Assembly: GCA_038244685.1 (NCBI GenBank) | Contig: JBBRTD010000001.1 | Span: 259,569 to 323,568, forward strand | Source: Minisyncoccia bacterium | GTDB lineage: Bacteria > Patescibacteriota > Minisyncoccia > Phycocordibacterales > UBA9973 | Length of the DNA stretch: 64,000 nt | Direction: 5' to 3' | Shown here: one piece after another, positions 1-9,857 of the stretch | Layout: each line of letters opens with the position of its first letter | Position numbering within the stretch: the stretch's first letter is position 1 | Notes under the pieces: model-generated | Seen by the model: the letters and a program-made list of their open reading frames with translations, nothing else | Database searches by the model: none | Told to the model about the DNA's origin: nothing | Translations under genes and position numbers: made by a program

Positions 1-1893
1 ACAAATACAAACCCTGATGCACTAGATGAATTAAATAAAATAAAAGATGAGTCGTCATGGGGAAGACTTGTAAATAATGAAAATATTTGGAGAAGTATTT
101 ATATGAGCGCTGGGTATGGAGCTCGAGGTGCAACTCATGCAACTTTAGGATTTTTTGCTGCACCATTAGTATCAGGGGTGGTTGGGGGAATCAGAGCAAG
201 AAGAAAAGCTAATGAAAATATAAATAAAGCTTTTAGCGAGGGAACAAAAGAAGAAACTTTTCTAGAAAGGAAAGAGAACGGCAAGAGTGGTATTTTTGAA
301 AACAAAAATTTAAATCAAGGAATAGTCTCAAGTATTTTTTCTGGTAAAAAAGTTAACACCAAAGAAGTGGCGGCTTTTGTGGACGCAGATAGCCAAAAAC
401 AAAGAATCAATAATCTTATAAATAAAATTAACAGTACAGAAAATGGCAAAGAGAAAACATTATTATTGTCACAGCTTTTAGCTCGTATAGAATATATTGA
501 ATTAAAACAACAACAAGGGCTAATAAATTACGGGAACAAAAACCCGATTGGTAAAAATTATGAGTTATTTAAATCTCTAAGTGAAGCCTATGTCGTCTCC
601 GCAAGTATAAGTAATTTAGGACTAGAAATGACCAAGGGAATGAAGGATGATATCCTAGAAAGAGAAACTTTAATTAAAAGTGTTATGGCTAAAAATGAAG
701 CCGCTTTCGGAAAAGGAATCGCTCAATATAAAAACGAAGAAATGTTACGAGGGGCGGCAGTAGCAGGAGGCTTCGCTATTCTAGGTGGCCTTATTCGAGG
801 CATAATACAACACGATGACATTCCAAACGGAGTTCACTCTAATAATGAAATATCAGCAGACAGACAACACCAAATAAATGAAGCTTTGATAAAAGGACAT
901 GATACTCCCTTGGTAAAGCATTTAAATATTGAAGCAATAGCCGACCATGGACAAGGAGCTATTTCAACATTAAGAGAACTTCAAAGAAACCTGAGAGCTG
1001 AATATGGCACTAATTTAGAAAGTGCACCCACAAGTGTAAAACATATTTTAAATACAGACCCTCACAAGCTAGCCCAAGAGTATGGCATGTATAAACCAGG
1101 CAGTGACGCCGAAAGCGCCTTCATTAAATCTGGTTCATCTTTCAAGGTAGATGGCAATGGTAATGTAACTTATCATGAAGTTGGAGGTCACAATGATATT
1201 GTGCTTGAAAAAGGAAATGAGATAAAAGTAAATACAGCCTATGAAGGAAGAATGGCAGATACAGATCACTCTGGTTTAAAAACAGAAACAAATAATATAG
1301 GAGAATCATCTGAATTGTACAAAGTTCCTCCCCAGGTGAGTCCACTAACCGGGGAATTAGCTGGAACTCAAACAGAAGTAACAAATTTAATTGATAATCC
1401 TTATAAAGTTCCAACACAGGTAAGTCCTTTAATTGATGATTCGGTGGGACAACAAAATACAACTACAAATGCAATTGATAACCAATATAAAGTTCCAACA
1501 CAAATAAGTCCTTTGGTGGACGAAGAAAAAGTAATTAATTCTCCCGTTAAAAATTTAGAATCTTCATCACTGGGAACAGATTTTGCTCGTGAAATAAAAA
1601 TTAATTCTGAAGAAAATTTAAAACATATTTTCCCGACAGAAAAATTAATGGAAACTTATGATTATATTAAATCCAATGTTTCTGCTGAAAAATTAATTGC
1701 ATTAAGCAGAGGTGAGGGAGTAGCAGATGCATACAAACCGCTTGTCGCTTATATCGATAAATTGAAAGATGTTTCTGGTTTTAAGCCAATCGGAAAGTCA
1801 TTAATAAATGAAGCAGAATCAATCTCAGACTATATTTTGAGGGCCTCGAAAAAGGCAGCAGAAATGGGAAGATTAGATGAGATTAAATTTTAA
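1..1893 (+). CDS. Hypothetical protein, 5'-truncated at the window edge. Frame 1 is open from position 1 with no stop before the annotated ATG at 103. Contains three tandem YKVP(T/P)QVSPL repeats of about 30 aa.
   Basis: Translation of 1..102 in the same frame as the 103..1893 ORF has no stop codon. The repeat peptides are visible in the translation. No recognisable catalytic motif. Confidence 0.6.
   Translation, partial: TNTNPDALDELNKIKDESSWGRLVNNENIWRSIYMSAGYGARGATHATLGFFAAPLVSGVVGGIRARRKANENINKAFSEGTKEETFLERKENGKSGIFENKNLNQGIVSSIFSGKKVNTKEVAAFVDADSQKQRINNLINKINSTENGKEKTLLLSQLLARIEYIELKQQQGLINYGNKNPIGKNYELFKSLSEAYVVSASISNLGLEMTKGMKDDILERETLIKSVMAKNEAAFGKGIAQYKNEEMLRGAAVAGGFAILGGLIRGIIQHDDIPNGVHSNNEISADRQHQINEALIKGHDTPLVKHLNIEAIADHGQGAISTLRELQRNLRAEYGTNLESAPTSVKHILNTDPHKLAQEYGMYKPGSDAESAFIKSGSSFKVDGNGNVTYHEVGGHNDIVLEKGNEIKVNTAYEGRMADTDHSGLKTETNNIGESSELYKVPPQVSPLTGELAGTQTEVTNLIDNPYKVPTQVSPLIDDSVGQQNTTTNAIDNQYKVPTQISPLVDEEKVINSPVKNLESSSLGTDFAREIKINSEENLKHIFPTEKLMETYDYIKSNVSAEKLIALSRGEGVADAYKPLVAYIDKLKDVSGFKPIGKSLINEAESISDYILRASKKAAEMGRLDEIKF
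1318..1520 (+). repeat. In-frame tandem repeats (3 x about 90 nt) encoding YKVPxQVSPL(I/T/V)D... units within the first ORF.
   Basis: Repeated peptide units seen directly in the translation. Confidence 0.6.
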
Positions 1894-1937
1894 TTTCTGT
1901 TAAGTGAAAAATTAAATAAAATGTTACAATAGGAGTC

Positions 1938-3869
1938 ATGCAATATATTGATTCATTAAATGACAAACAAAAAGAGGCAGTCCTTTATACAGAGGGGCCT
2001 CTTTTGATAGTAGCGGGTGCGGGTGCAGGTAAAACAAAAACAATAACACACCGAATAATACACTTAATCCACGAGGGTATTGATCCATCGACTATTTTAG
2101 CTGTTACCTTTACCAACAAAGCAGCGAAAGAAATGCGGGATAGAGTAATGTCACTACTTGAAGATAAAATACATGGAATAGTTTCTCCAATTAAAAGCGG
2201 AGGTGTCCCTTTTATTTCTACTTTTCACTCATTAGGGGTTCATATTATAAAAGAAAATGCTCATCTTATAGGACTCACAAAACACTTCTCGATAATAGAT
2301 GAGAGCGATGCAATTTCAATTATAAAGGATGTTATGAGAGAGCATGATATAGATCCAAAGCAGCACGAGCCACGTAAAATAAAAAGTATGATATCCAAAG
2401 CCAAGGGTGATTTTATTCAATTAGAAAGTTATCGAGCAGGAGTCACTAATAGCCTTCAGAGTATTGTGGCTCTTATTTGGGGTGGCTACGAAGCCAGACT
2501 TAAAAAAGAAAAAGGGTTAGATTTTGATGATTTGCTGTTAGAGTCAGTTTTAATTTTGCGTAAATTTCCGGAAGTAAAAAATAAATATCAAGAAAAGTGG
2601 CAATATGTTCATATTGATGAGTATCAAGATACAAATGAAGTTCAATATGAAATGACAAAACTTTTAGTCGGAAAAAAAGAAAATATTTGCGTCGTCGGAG
2701 ATACCGATCAAAATATTTACAGTTGGAGAGGAGCTAATATAAAAAACATGCTTCATTTCGAAAAAGATTACCCAAGTGTAAAAATAGTTATGCTTGAACA
2801 AAATTATCGTTCGACCGGTAATATTATTGAAGCGGCAAATAGTGTCATTGAAAAAAATCAATATCGAGTTCCCAAAACTTTATTTACAAAAAATATTAAT
2901 GGCGAACAAATAGTTGTTTGTGAAGCTTATGATGAAGTAAGTGAAGCTCAATTTGTGGCTAGCGAAATTGATGAATTACTAAAAGAAAATAAACCAGAAC
3001 ATATCGCGATTCTATATCGTGCAAACTTTCAATCAAGAGTTTTGGAAGAATCCTTGCTTAATAAACAAATTCCTTATCAAGTTTTAGGCATTAAATTTTT
3101 TGATCGTCGAGAAATTAAAGACATAATATCTTATATAAAAGCTAGCTTAAATAAAGAAAGCCTCTCTGATGTCAAAAGAATTATAAATACACCAGCTCGT
3201 GGAATTGGAAAGGTAACCCTAACTAAACTTTTTGCTGGTCAATTTACAGACTTACCTGCAAGCATGCAAGGAAAAATTAATTTATTTTATGTTCTCCTTG
3301 AAGACATTCATTTATATATAGATACACATAAACCATCAGAAGTTATTAAATATATAATTGAACGAAGTGGATTGGAAAAAGATTTATCTAACAGTACAAA
3401 TGAAGATTTAGAAAAACTAGAAAACATGAAAGAGCTTGTGACTTTGTGTATTAAGTATGATGAAGAAGAAGATGGAATCGAAAAATTACTGGAAGATGCT
3501 TCACTTTGTAGCGACCAGGATAGTTTAATAAATAAAGAAAAAACTGGCGGGGTTAGACTTATGACAGTTCATGCATCCAAGGGATTAGAATTTAAATATG
3601 TTTTTGTAACAGGTCTTGAACAAGATCTTTTTCCTCATGCAAGGGCCGGAAAGGGAACCAAAGAAGACAAAGAAGAAGAGAGAAGACTTTTCTATGTAGC
3701 GCTAACAAGAGCAGAAAAAAAATTATACTTAACTTATGCATCATTGCGAACAATATTTGGAATGAAACAAGTAAATACTCCAAGTGAATTTATTTATGAT
3801 ATTCCAGTTCACTTAACAGAATTTAGACAAAGTAGCTCAAGAAACGGAGATAAAATAGTTTACTTGTAA
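1938..3869 (+). CDS. uvrD: Superfamily 1 DNA helicase of the UvrD/PcrA/Rep type.
   Basis: Walker A GAGAGKTKT near the N-terminus, then VTFTNKAAKEMRDR and DEYQDT motifs. Length 643 aa fits the family. Confidence 0.9.
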   Translation: MQYIDSLNDKQKEAVLYTEGPLLIVAGAGAGKTKTITHRIIHLIHEGIDPSTILAVTFTNKAAKEMRDRVMSLLEDKIHGIVSPIKSGGVPFISTFHSLGVHIIKENAHLIGLTKHFSIIDESDAISIIKDVMREHDIDPKQHEPRKIKSMISKAKGDFIQLESYRAGVTNSLQSIVALIWGGYEARLKKEKGLDFDDLLLESVLILRKFPEVKNKYQEKWQYVHIDEYQDTNEVQYEMTKLLVGKKENICVVGDTDQNIYSWRGANIKNMLHFEKDYPSVKIVMLEQNYRSTGNIIEAANSVIEKNQYRVPKTLFTKNINGEQIVVCEAYDEVSEAQFVASEIDELLKENKPEHIAILYRANFQSRVLEESLLNKQIPYQVLGIKFFDRREIKDIISYIKASLNKESLSDVKRIINTPARGIGKVTLTKLFAGQFTDLPASMQGKINLFYVLLEDIHLYIDTHKPSEVIKYIIERSGLEKDLSNSTNEDLEKLENMKELVTLCIKYDEEEDGIEKLLEDASLCSDQDSLINKEKTGGVRLMTVHASKGLEFKYVFVTGLEQDLFPHARAGKGTKEDKEEERRLFYVALTRAEKKLYLTYASLRTIFGMKQVNTPSEFIYDIPVHLTEFRQSSSRNGDKIVYL

Positions 3870-3914
3870 AACAGACGTTGGACGTCTATAACAAATAGAT
3901 GCTACTATACACAT

Positions 3915-4718
3915 ATGATTTACAAAGCTAAAAAATCGATGGGGCAAAATTTCCTAAAATCAGCTGAAGCTCTTCGAAAGATGTGTGAAGCAGGGGAGGT
4001 AAATGATACTGACACTATAATAGAGATCGGTCCAGGAAAGGGGGCTTTAACCGAAAAACTCCTAGAAAAAGCCAAATTAGTCATTGCTGTTGAAAAAGAC
4101 CGGGATTTAATGGATATTCTGTTGGAAAAATTTGAAAATGAGATAAAAATTGGTAAATTAGTGCTACTAAATGAGAACATTTTGTATTTTGACCCGATAA
4201 AATATGGTCTAAATGAGGGTGAATATAAAATAATCGCTAATATTCCATACAATATAACAGGTGCCATCATTAAAAGATTCTTATCTGAGGTAAATAAACC
4301 AAAGATTATGACCCTTTTGGTTCAAAAAGAGGTAGCAGAACGCATTGTTGCCCGCGATAAAAAAGAAAGTATTCTATCTTTAAGCGTCAGAGCCTATGGA
4401 ACACCACACTATATAATGAAAGTTCACAAAAGATTTTTTTCGCCATCTCCTAAGGTAGACTCAGCTATTATTTCTATAAACAATATTTCAAACAACTTTT
4501 TTATTGACAAAAAGGCAGAAGATTCATTTTTTAAACTCATAAAAGCTGCTTTTGCTCACAAAAGAAAAGTTTTGCGTAAAAATTTAGAAGAAATAGCTCC
4601 TATCACAATTATTGATGAAATGTATGAAAATCTAAAAATAGACTCTAAAATACGAGCAGAAGATTTATCTTTTTCGGTTTGGTTTAAAATGCTAGAATTT
4701 TTTAGTATAAAAATCTAG
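3915..4718 (+). CDS. rsmA: 16S rRNA (adenine1518/1519-N6) dimethyltransferase RsmA/KsgA.
   Basis: GQNFL motif near the N-terminus and SAM-binding IEIGPGKGALT. Length 267 aa. Confidence 0.9.
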   Translation: MIYKAKKSMGQNFLKSAEALRKMCEAGEVNDTDTIIEIGPGKGALTEKLLEKAKLVIAVEKDRDLMDILLEKFENEIKIGKLVLLNENILYFDPIKYGLNEGEYKIIANIPYNITGAIIKRFLSEVNKPKIMTLLVQKEVAERIVARDKKESILSLSVRAYGTPHYIMKVHKRFFSPSPKVDSAIISINNISNNFFIDKKAEDSFFKLIKAAFAHKRKVLRKNLEEIAPITIIDEMYENLKIDSKIRAEDLSFSVWFKMLEFFSIKI

Positions 4719-4752
4719 TAAGTTTTCTTATTTGGTTGTATAATAAATAGAT

Positions 4753-5250
4753 ATGAAACATTTATTTGCCATCTCTGCTATCTTTTTCAGTATAATGCTA
4801 TCATTGTTCAGTTTTAATATTGCTGATGCAAGTATTACAAACAAATTAACTAAATCATTTGGAGGAAAAATTTTGATAACACCAATTCCTGGTGTTATCT
4901 GTATTGGTGTGGGACAAGCCGTATATATGAATAGTAATATAGGCGGAGCTATTAATGCAGCCAAAAGTGCAACGTCTTCAGCTACTGGTGGAGAAAAAGC
5001 TTTATCTGTATTGGGGGGTATTTATGGAATGATACCTACATATACAACAAATCCATTAAGAAAGCCTATAATAAGTAGGTTTATTCTTGGAACAGAGAAA
5101 TTAATTCCTGACTTTAAAACATGTAAGATCGGTAATATTCCAATACCCGTACTTAGAACAACAAGCAATTACGGTATTTCATCTCCAACCCCCACCCCAA
5201 ATACGAATACAGGAATAATTAGTGGCCAATCAGTTATTAATAATGAATAA
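4753..5250 (+). CDS. Small secreted or membrane protein with a signal peptide and Gly-rich hydrophobic segments; possible pilin-like subunit.
   Basis: N-terminal signal peptide (MKHLFAISAIFFSIMLSLFSFNIADA). TGnTATAAT box at 4737..4744, 8 nt before the ATG. Confidence 0.5.
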   Translation: MKHLFAISAIFFSIMLSLFSFNIADASITNKLTKSFGGKILITPIPGVICIGVGQAVYMNSNIGGAINAAKSATSSATGGEKALSVLGGIYGMIPTYTTNPLRKPIISRFILGTEKLIPDFKTCKIGNIPIPVLRTTSNYGISSPTPTPNTNTGIISGQSVINNE

Positions 5251-6106
5251 ATATCTTCCTAGTAAACAATTTATTGCTCGACTAATAATAATACTAATTG
5301 TTGTTATTTTTATTTGGGGTTTATATCAAATTCCTAAATTATTTAGAAAAAATAAAAATACATCTCAAAACCCAACAACACTACTTGTTAAAGATTTAAT
5401 TCAAAAAGATAGTAATGATAATGGTATTGCTGATTGGGAAGAGGGATTATGGGGTCTTAATCCGGAGAAAGATGGAGCTTCAAATAAAGAATTTATTTTG
5501 GCTAAACGTTTAGCATTAGCAAAAGATAATGCCTCAGCTGTTGATGGAGGAGGAGCAGATTCATCAGAAAATGACGCACTTTCAAGAGAAGTGTTTGCTC
5601 TTATCTTATCCCTTCAACAGTCAGGCAGTTTAAATTCTGAATCAATGAAATCAATTTCTGAATCTGTCGGTCAAAATATTGTTCCCAATGACATCGCAGA
5701 CATTTACACAAAAAATATGGTTAAGATTGGGGGAACTGAAGCCGAATATTATATAGCCTTTAAAAATCTAGTAGAAAAATACCAAGACAAAGGTATGGGT
5801 AGCGAACTTAGTTTTGTGGCTCAAGGGCTCGAAAATAAAGACCCCCAAGCTTTATATGCAGCCAAAACAGTTGCTGTTTTTTATAGAGAGTTTGGCCAAG
5901 CATTAATAAAAACACCAAGTCCTCTGACTCTTGCTTCAACCAATCTTAGCCTTGCTAATAATTATGAAAAGGTAGCGCAAACAATAGAAGGATTTTCAAA
6001 CGTATTAAATGACCAGATAACAGGAATGAGATCTTTGATTAATTATAAAAAATATAGCGATAAGATAGTTGCTGACATAACAAAACTTTCAGACAATTTA
6101 AAATAA
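5243..6106 (+). CDS. Membrane-anchored hypothetical protein with an N-terminal transmembrane helix. The start is moved to the internal ATG that overlaps the upstream stop codon.
   Basis: ATGAATAA start/stop overlap at 5243..5250. Hydrophobic segment LIIILIVVIFIWGLY. Confidence 0.5.
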   Translation: MNKYLPSKQFIARLIIILIVVIFIWGLYQIPKLFRKNKNTSQNPTTLLVKDLIQKDSNDNGIADWEEGLWGLNPEKDGASNKEFILAKRLALAKDNASAVDGGGADSSENDALSREVFALILSLQQSGSLNSESMKSISESVGQNIVPNDIADIYTKNMVKIGGTEAEYYIAFKNLVEKYQDKGMGSELSFVAQGLENKDPQALYAAKTVAVFYREFGQALIKTPSPLTLASTNLSLANNYEKVAQTIEGFSNVLNDQITGMRSLINYKKYSDKIVADITKLSDNLK

Positions 6107-6132
6107 GTGATATAATAAAATAGTAAATTAAT

Positions 6133-8295
6133 ATGAAAGACCCAATCATAAAAAGAACAATCTCAGGAATTATTATATTAGCATTTTTCTCTTCGTCTAT
6201 ATTAATACCATCGAATGCCGTTGCTGCAACCAAGGGTTTAAATTGGAATAATCCAAACCAGGGGAATGCTTTTAAATTAGACGCTTCGACTCTTTTGAAT
6301 GCTAATAATTTAATGGCCGTTGTTGGATGTACTGGTATTGTAGATACAGCAACAGATGCCGCGATGAGATTGGTCAGTAAGGTTACCACAAAAGTATTAA
6401 ATAAATTAATTGGGGGGGGAGAGGTTTCTGTAACTGATTCTCAATTAGCTTCACAACAAAAAATTAGTGACAAAAGACAAGCCTGTTTTGATGGACTTGC
6501 ATACGCTCTTGCAAAACAACAATTAGTCAGCATGACAAAATCAACTATGAATTGGGTTAATAGTGGATTTAACGGCGACCCAATGTATGTCAGAGACATA
6601 AATTCACTAACAAATAGTATTGAGGGTAAAATATTAGAAAAAGAAGTTAATTTGTTTAAAAATTCTCCAAATGGATCTGGAGATTACCCTTATGGTAGAA
6701 ACTTTGCTCTATCTCAGATAAGTTCTTTTAGACTTGGACAAAATCCAAACAACGCTCTCAAACAAAATCTTTCAAATTATTTATCAGGGGATACAGGTAG
6801 TGGTAGATATGTAGAAAGCTATACAAACAATTTCTCAATGGGTGGGTGGAATGGATGGTTAGCCTTTACTCAGATGCCACAGAATAATCCTCTTGGTTTC
6901 GACATGATTGCCAGTCAAAAACTTGCCGACAGTCAAAAAAAAGAAGTAACAAATACAAAAACGGAAGTAGCTAGAAATGGTGGAATGCTTGATCAAAAGA
7001 AATGTGTTCTCTGGAATATGATAGATGATGCAACTGGTGAATACATAATGGAGGATGTCTACAATGAAGATGGAGTTACCTCTGTAATATCAACAACCAC
7101 TAACCCTATGCCAGAAGACGAATGTGTTAATTATGAGACAGTCACTCCAGGTAGTTTAATAAAAGATAAAGTTTCAAAGTATCTTAATTCAGGAGAAACA
7201 CAACTTGAACTTGCCGATTCTTTAAATGAAGTTTTATATTCTATCTTTGGTAACCTTATATCAAAATTCCAACAAAATGGTCTTTCAAGTCTGTCATCAA
7301 ATACAACTGATTTTTCTAATGTCTCTGATGGTATTGGTTCAAATAAAATAGTTGATGCAAATGGAAAATATATTACGAGTGGAAATGATGGAGGAGTTGA
7401 CCCTAGTTCAAACTTTGATATTACTTCCGATCTAGGAAGCGGTAGTACTACATGTTTAAATGATCAACCAAATGGAATAGGTGCGGATAAAAATACTTGC
7501 GGAATAATTGAAACCCAACAAAAATATATCGCAACTGTTAAAAACCTATTTCCTCCGCTTGAAAAAGTTATGCTAAAGCTAGGGGAGCTTGATTATTGTA
7601 TACCAGGGCCAAATCCAAATTGGCAAGAAAACTCTACAAATGCTGCAAATGCTTACACAAATTGGCTAAATAGTATTGCTGTGGTTGGTTCTTCGTCTGG
7701 ATTTTTAGGCTCAAGTAATTACACAATTACCATACCTGACATTAATTCAGCAGCTTCTCAAAATTATATAAATAGTATAGATAATAACCTTACTTATTGG
7801 AAAGATCTTCAAAGTAGCTGGTATTTCAATTTAGGATTTGGAGATCTAACTGCTGGAGTTTCATCAAGCGCCCAAGATAGAATTACCAATAGAGTTGAGC
7901 CAAGAATGGCCGAATTAGAAACAGCCGAAGCTGAATATAAAGTTACAGCAGATGCCCGTTATGGTTTTAAGAGTTCTATGCAAACTGAATTTCTGAACAA
8001 TGGAACAGCTACTATGACTGAAAATTCAGACTATTTAGCAATGGCGCAAACAGGATTAAACATTACAAAAGATATATCTTCTTATGCCGAAAGTATTGGT
8101 GATATGACAACAACTTACCAGAGTCGAATAATAGAAACAACAGCCAATATATACAAACTCAAAAAATTAAAAGAGAAGATAGATATCATTGTTACCAGGG
8201 CTCAAAAACTTAGAGATGAAACAAGAGCTTCAAGTGGAGCACCTGCTATAACTAGGGTATGTCTTGCAAATGAAAAAACAACAATTACTCAATAA
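6133..8295 (+). CDS. Large secreted hypothetical protein (720 aa) with a signal peptide.
   Basis: Signal-peptide-like N-terminus. TGATATAAT box at 6109..6116. No recognisable enzymatic motif. Confidence 0.6.
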   Translation: MKDPIIKRTISGIIILAFFSSSILIPSNAVAATKGLNWNNPNQGNAFKLDASTLLNANNLMAVVGCTGIVDTATDAAMRLVSKVTTKVLNKLIGGGEVSVTDSQLASQQKISDKRQACFDGLAYALAKQQLVSMTKSTMNWVNSGFNGDPMYVRDINSLTNSIEGKILEKEVNLFKNSPNGSGDYPYGRNFALSQISSFRLGQNPNNALKQNLSNYLSGDTGSGRYVESYTNNFSMGGWNGWLAFTQMPQNNPLGFDMIASQKLADSQKKEVTNTKTEVARNGGMLDQKKCVLWNMIDDATGEYIMEDVYNEDGVTSVISTTTNPMPEDECVNYETVTPGSLIKDKVSKYLNSGETQLELADSLNEVLYSIFGNLISKFQQNGLSSLSSNTTDFSNVSDGIGSNKIVDANGKYITSGNDGGVDPSSNFDITSDLGSGSTTCLNDQPNGIGADKNTCGIIETQQKYIATVKNLFPPLEKVMLKLGELDYCIPGPNPNWQENSTNAANAYTNWLNSIAVVGSSSGFLGSSNYTITIPDINSAASQNYINSIDNNLTYWKDLQSSWYFNLGFGDLTAGVSSSAQDRITNRVEPRMAELETAEAEYKVTADARYGFKSSMQTEFLNNGTATMTENSDYLAMAQTGLNITKDISSYAESIGDMTTTYQSRIIETTANIYKLKKLKEKIDIIVTRAQKLRDETRASSGAPAITRVCLANEKTTITQ

Positions 8296-8300
8296 TATTT

Positions 8301-9794
8301 ATGGAAAATAATAACCCTAAAAAAAGTAAAGCATTCATAATAACTTTTATAATAATATTGATACTTTTAATATTAGGTTATTATCTATTCAGTAATCGAG
8401 ATCAAATATTTGGAACTAAGGGAACTTTATCTGTAAGTAAAATATTTTCTCCACTCTTAGGTTCTTCTAAGAAAACTGATGTAAAAGTTATTGATGAAAA
8501 CAAAGATGGAGTAAATGTTACCCCTACGGTTGAAACAAAAATAACAGGGGTGATTATAACTGATGCCGATGGTAATAAAATTATAGTAGGCGAAGCAGGA
8601 GAAATAATTAAAAAAGGAGATGTGTTATATATCTCAGGATTTAATGCAAGTAAAAATCCAATTATAATGAAAGCTATCGCAAGCGACAAAGCGAAGTCTC
8701 TTGTTTTCGGAGTGGCTGGCCAAGATATAAATAAAGGGGAAACAGGAAATGTAATAATAAGTGGAGTTTTAAATGGAGTTCCTACTAATAAAAAAGAGGT
8801 AACACTATGGGCCATTAATAATTCACTATATTTAAGCGATAAGGTTTACGGCGCAATGACAAAAAATTCACCAGTTGCCCCATCTTCTAAAGTTTTAGTT
8901 GGTAGCGTTCTAAAGATTGATAAACTTAACGGATCTATTCAAATAGGAAACTTAGCAAGTAATTTAAATATAAACAGTACCCAAGTTACAAATTTAAATA
9001 AATTAAATGGAGAACTATTAAATGGAGCGACAACCGACATGAGAGACTATTGGAGTTCAGTCTTTGGTGTAAATTCATATACTGGTGGTGTCCCTGATTT
9101 TTCATATACTAATCCTCCATTTAATCCAATCGCTGTTCCAATTAACCCAAATAATCCAACAAACCCAAACACACCAACGAATCCAAATATTAATCCAAAT
9201 AATATTTGCCAAAACAGTGCAACAAATTATCCTATTTGTACGACTATTAATGGCAAATGTATTAATGGAGCGACAAACCCAGGGGTCTGTACAAATTCTA
9301 TACAAAATAAATGTACAAATGGTGCAACTAATTATCCAACGTGTACCACAAAGGGAGGTGTTTGCGTTAATCGTGCTACAAATCCCGACCTATGTACAAT
9401 TACCCCAGGTGAAATAACAGACACTGGAACAATTACAGAAAGTATGTGTCCTGTTGATGATCCGCTTTCTAATTACTTTACAGATCAAGACAAAATTGAT
9501 TTAGAAAATTATCTTCGACAGTTCTATCTTATCGCTCCAACCATAAAAACAGGGGATTCTATTAAGATTGCCGAGAATGAAATACTTGACAATAACTCTT
9601 TCATTGGCCAGCTTGATCAATTAATTAAAGACTGCAATGAGCAGAAAAGCAAAGCTTCATATACAGGTCCCCAAGAAATAATTAGTAATCCTTATTACCA
9701 AGGCCCTGTTGATAGTAATGCATATATCAGTAGTCAGCCAGTAAAATCAACACAACCATTTAGCATATTAGAAAAATTGTTAAATATTTGGTAA
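8301..9794 (+). CDS. Membrane-anchored extracellular protein with a Pro/Asn-rich linker and about five Cys-bracketed C-x-NGATN-x(2-3)-C-T repeats.
   Basis: N-terminal transmembrane helix. NPNNPTNPNTPTNPNINPNN linker. Repeats CQNSATNYPICTT, CINGATNPGVCTN, CTNGATNYPTCTT and CVNRATNPDLCT at nt 9205..9400. Confidence 0.6.
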   Translation: MENNNPKKSKAFIITFIIILILLILGYYLFSNRDQIFGTKGTLSVSKIFSPLLGSSKKTDVKVIDENKDGVNVTPTVETKITGVIITDADGNKIIVGEAGEIIKKGDVLYISGFNASKNPIIMKAIASDKAKSLVFGVAGQDINKGETGNVIISGVLNGVPTNKKEVTLWAINNSLYLSDKVYGAMTKNSPVAPSSKVLVGSVLKIDKLNGSIQIGNLASNLNINSTQVTNLNKLNGELLNGATTDMRDYWSSVFGVNSYTGGVPDFSYTNPPFNPIAVPINPNNPTNPNTPTNPNINPNNICQNSATNYPICTTINGKCINGATNPGVCTNSIQNKCTNGATNYPTCTTKGGVCVNRATNPDLCTITPGEITDTGTITESMCPVDDPLSNYFTDQDKIDLENYLRQFYLIAPTIKTGDSIKIAENEILDNNSFIGQLDQLIKDCNEQKSKASYTGPQEIISNPYYQGPVDSNAYISSQPVKSTQPFSILEKLLNIW

Positions 9795-9857
9795 TTGTTA
9801 AATTAAATAAAGAATTAATAGAGATTTTGGCGAAAAGTTTGGTATAATAAAAATAGT

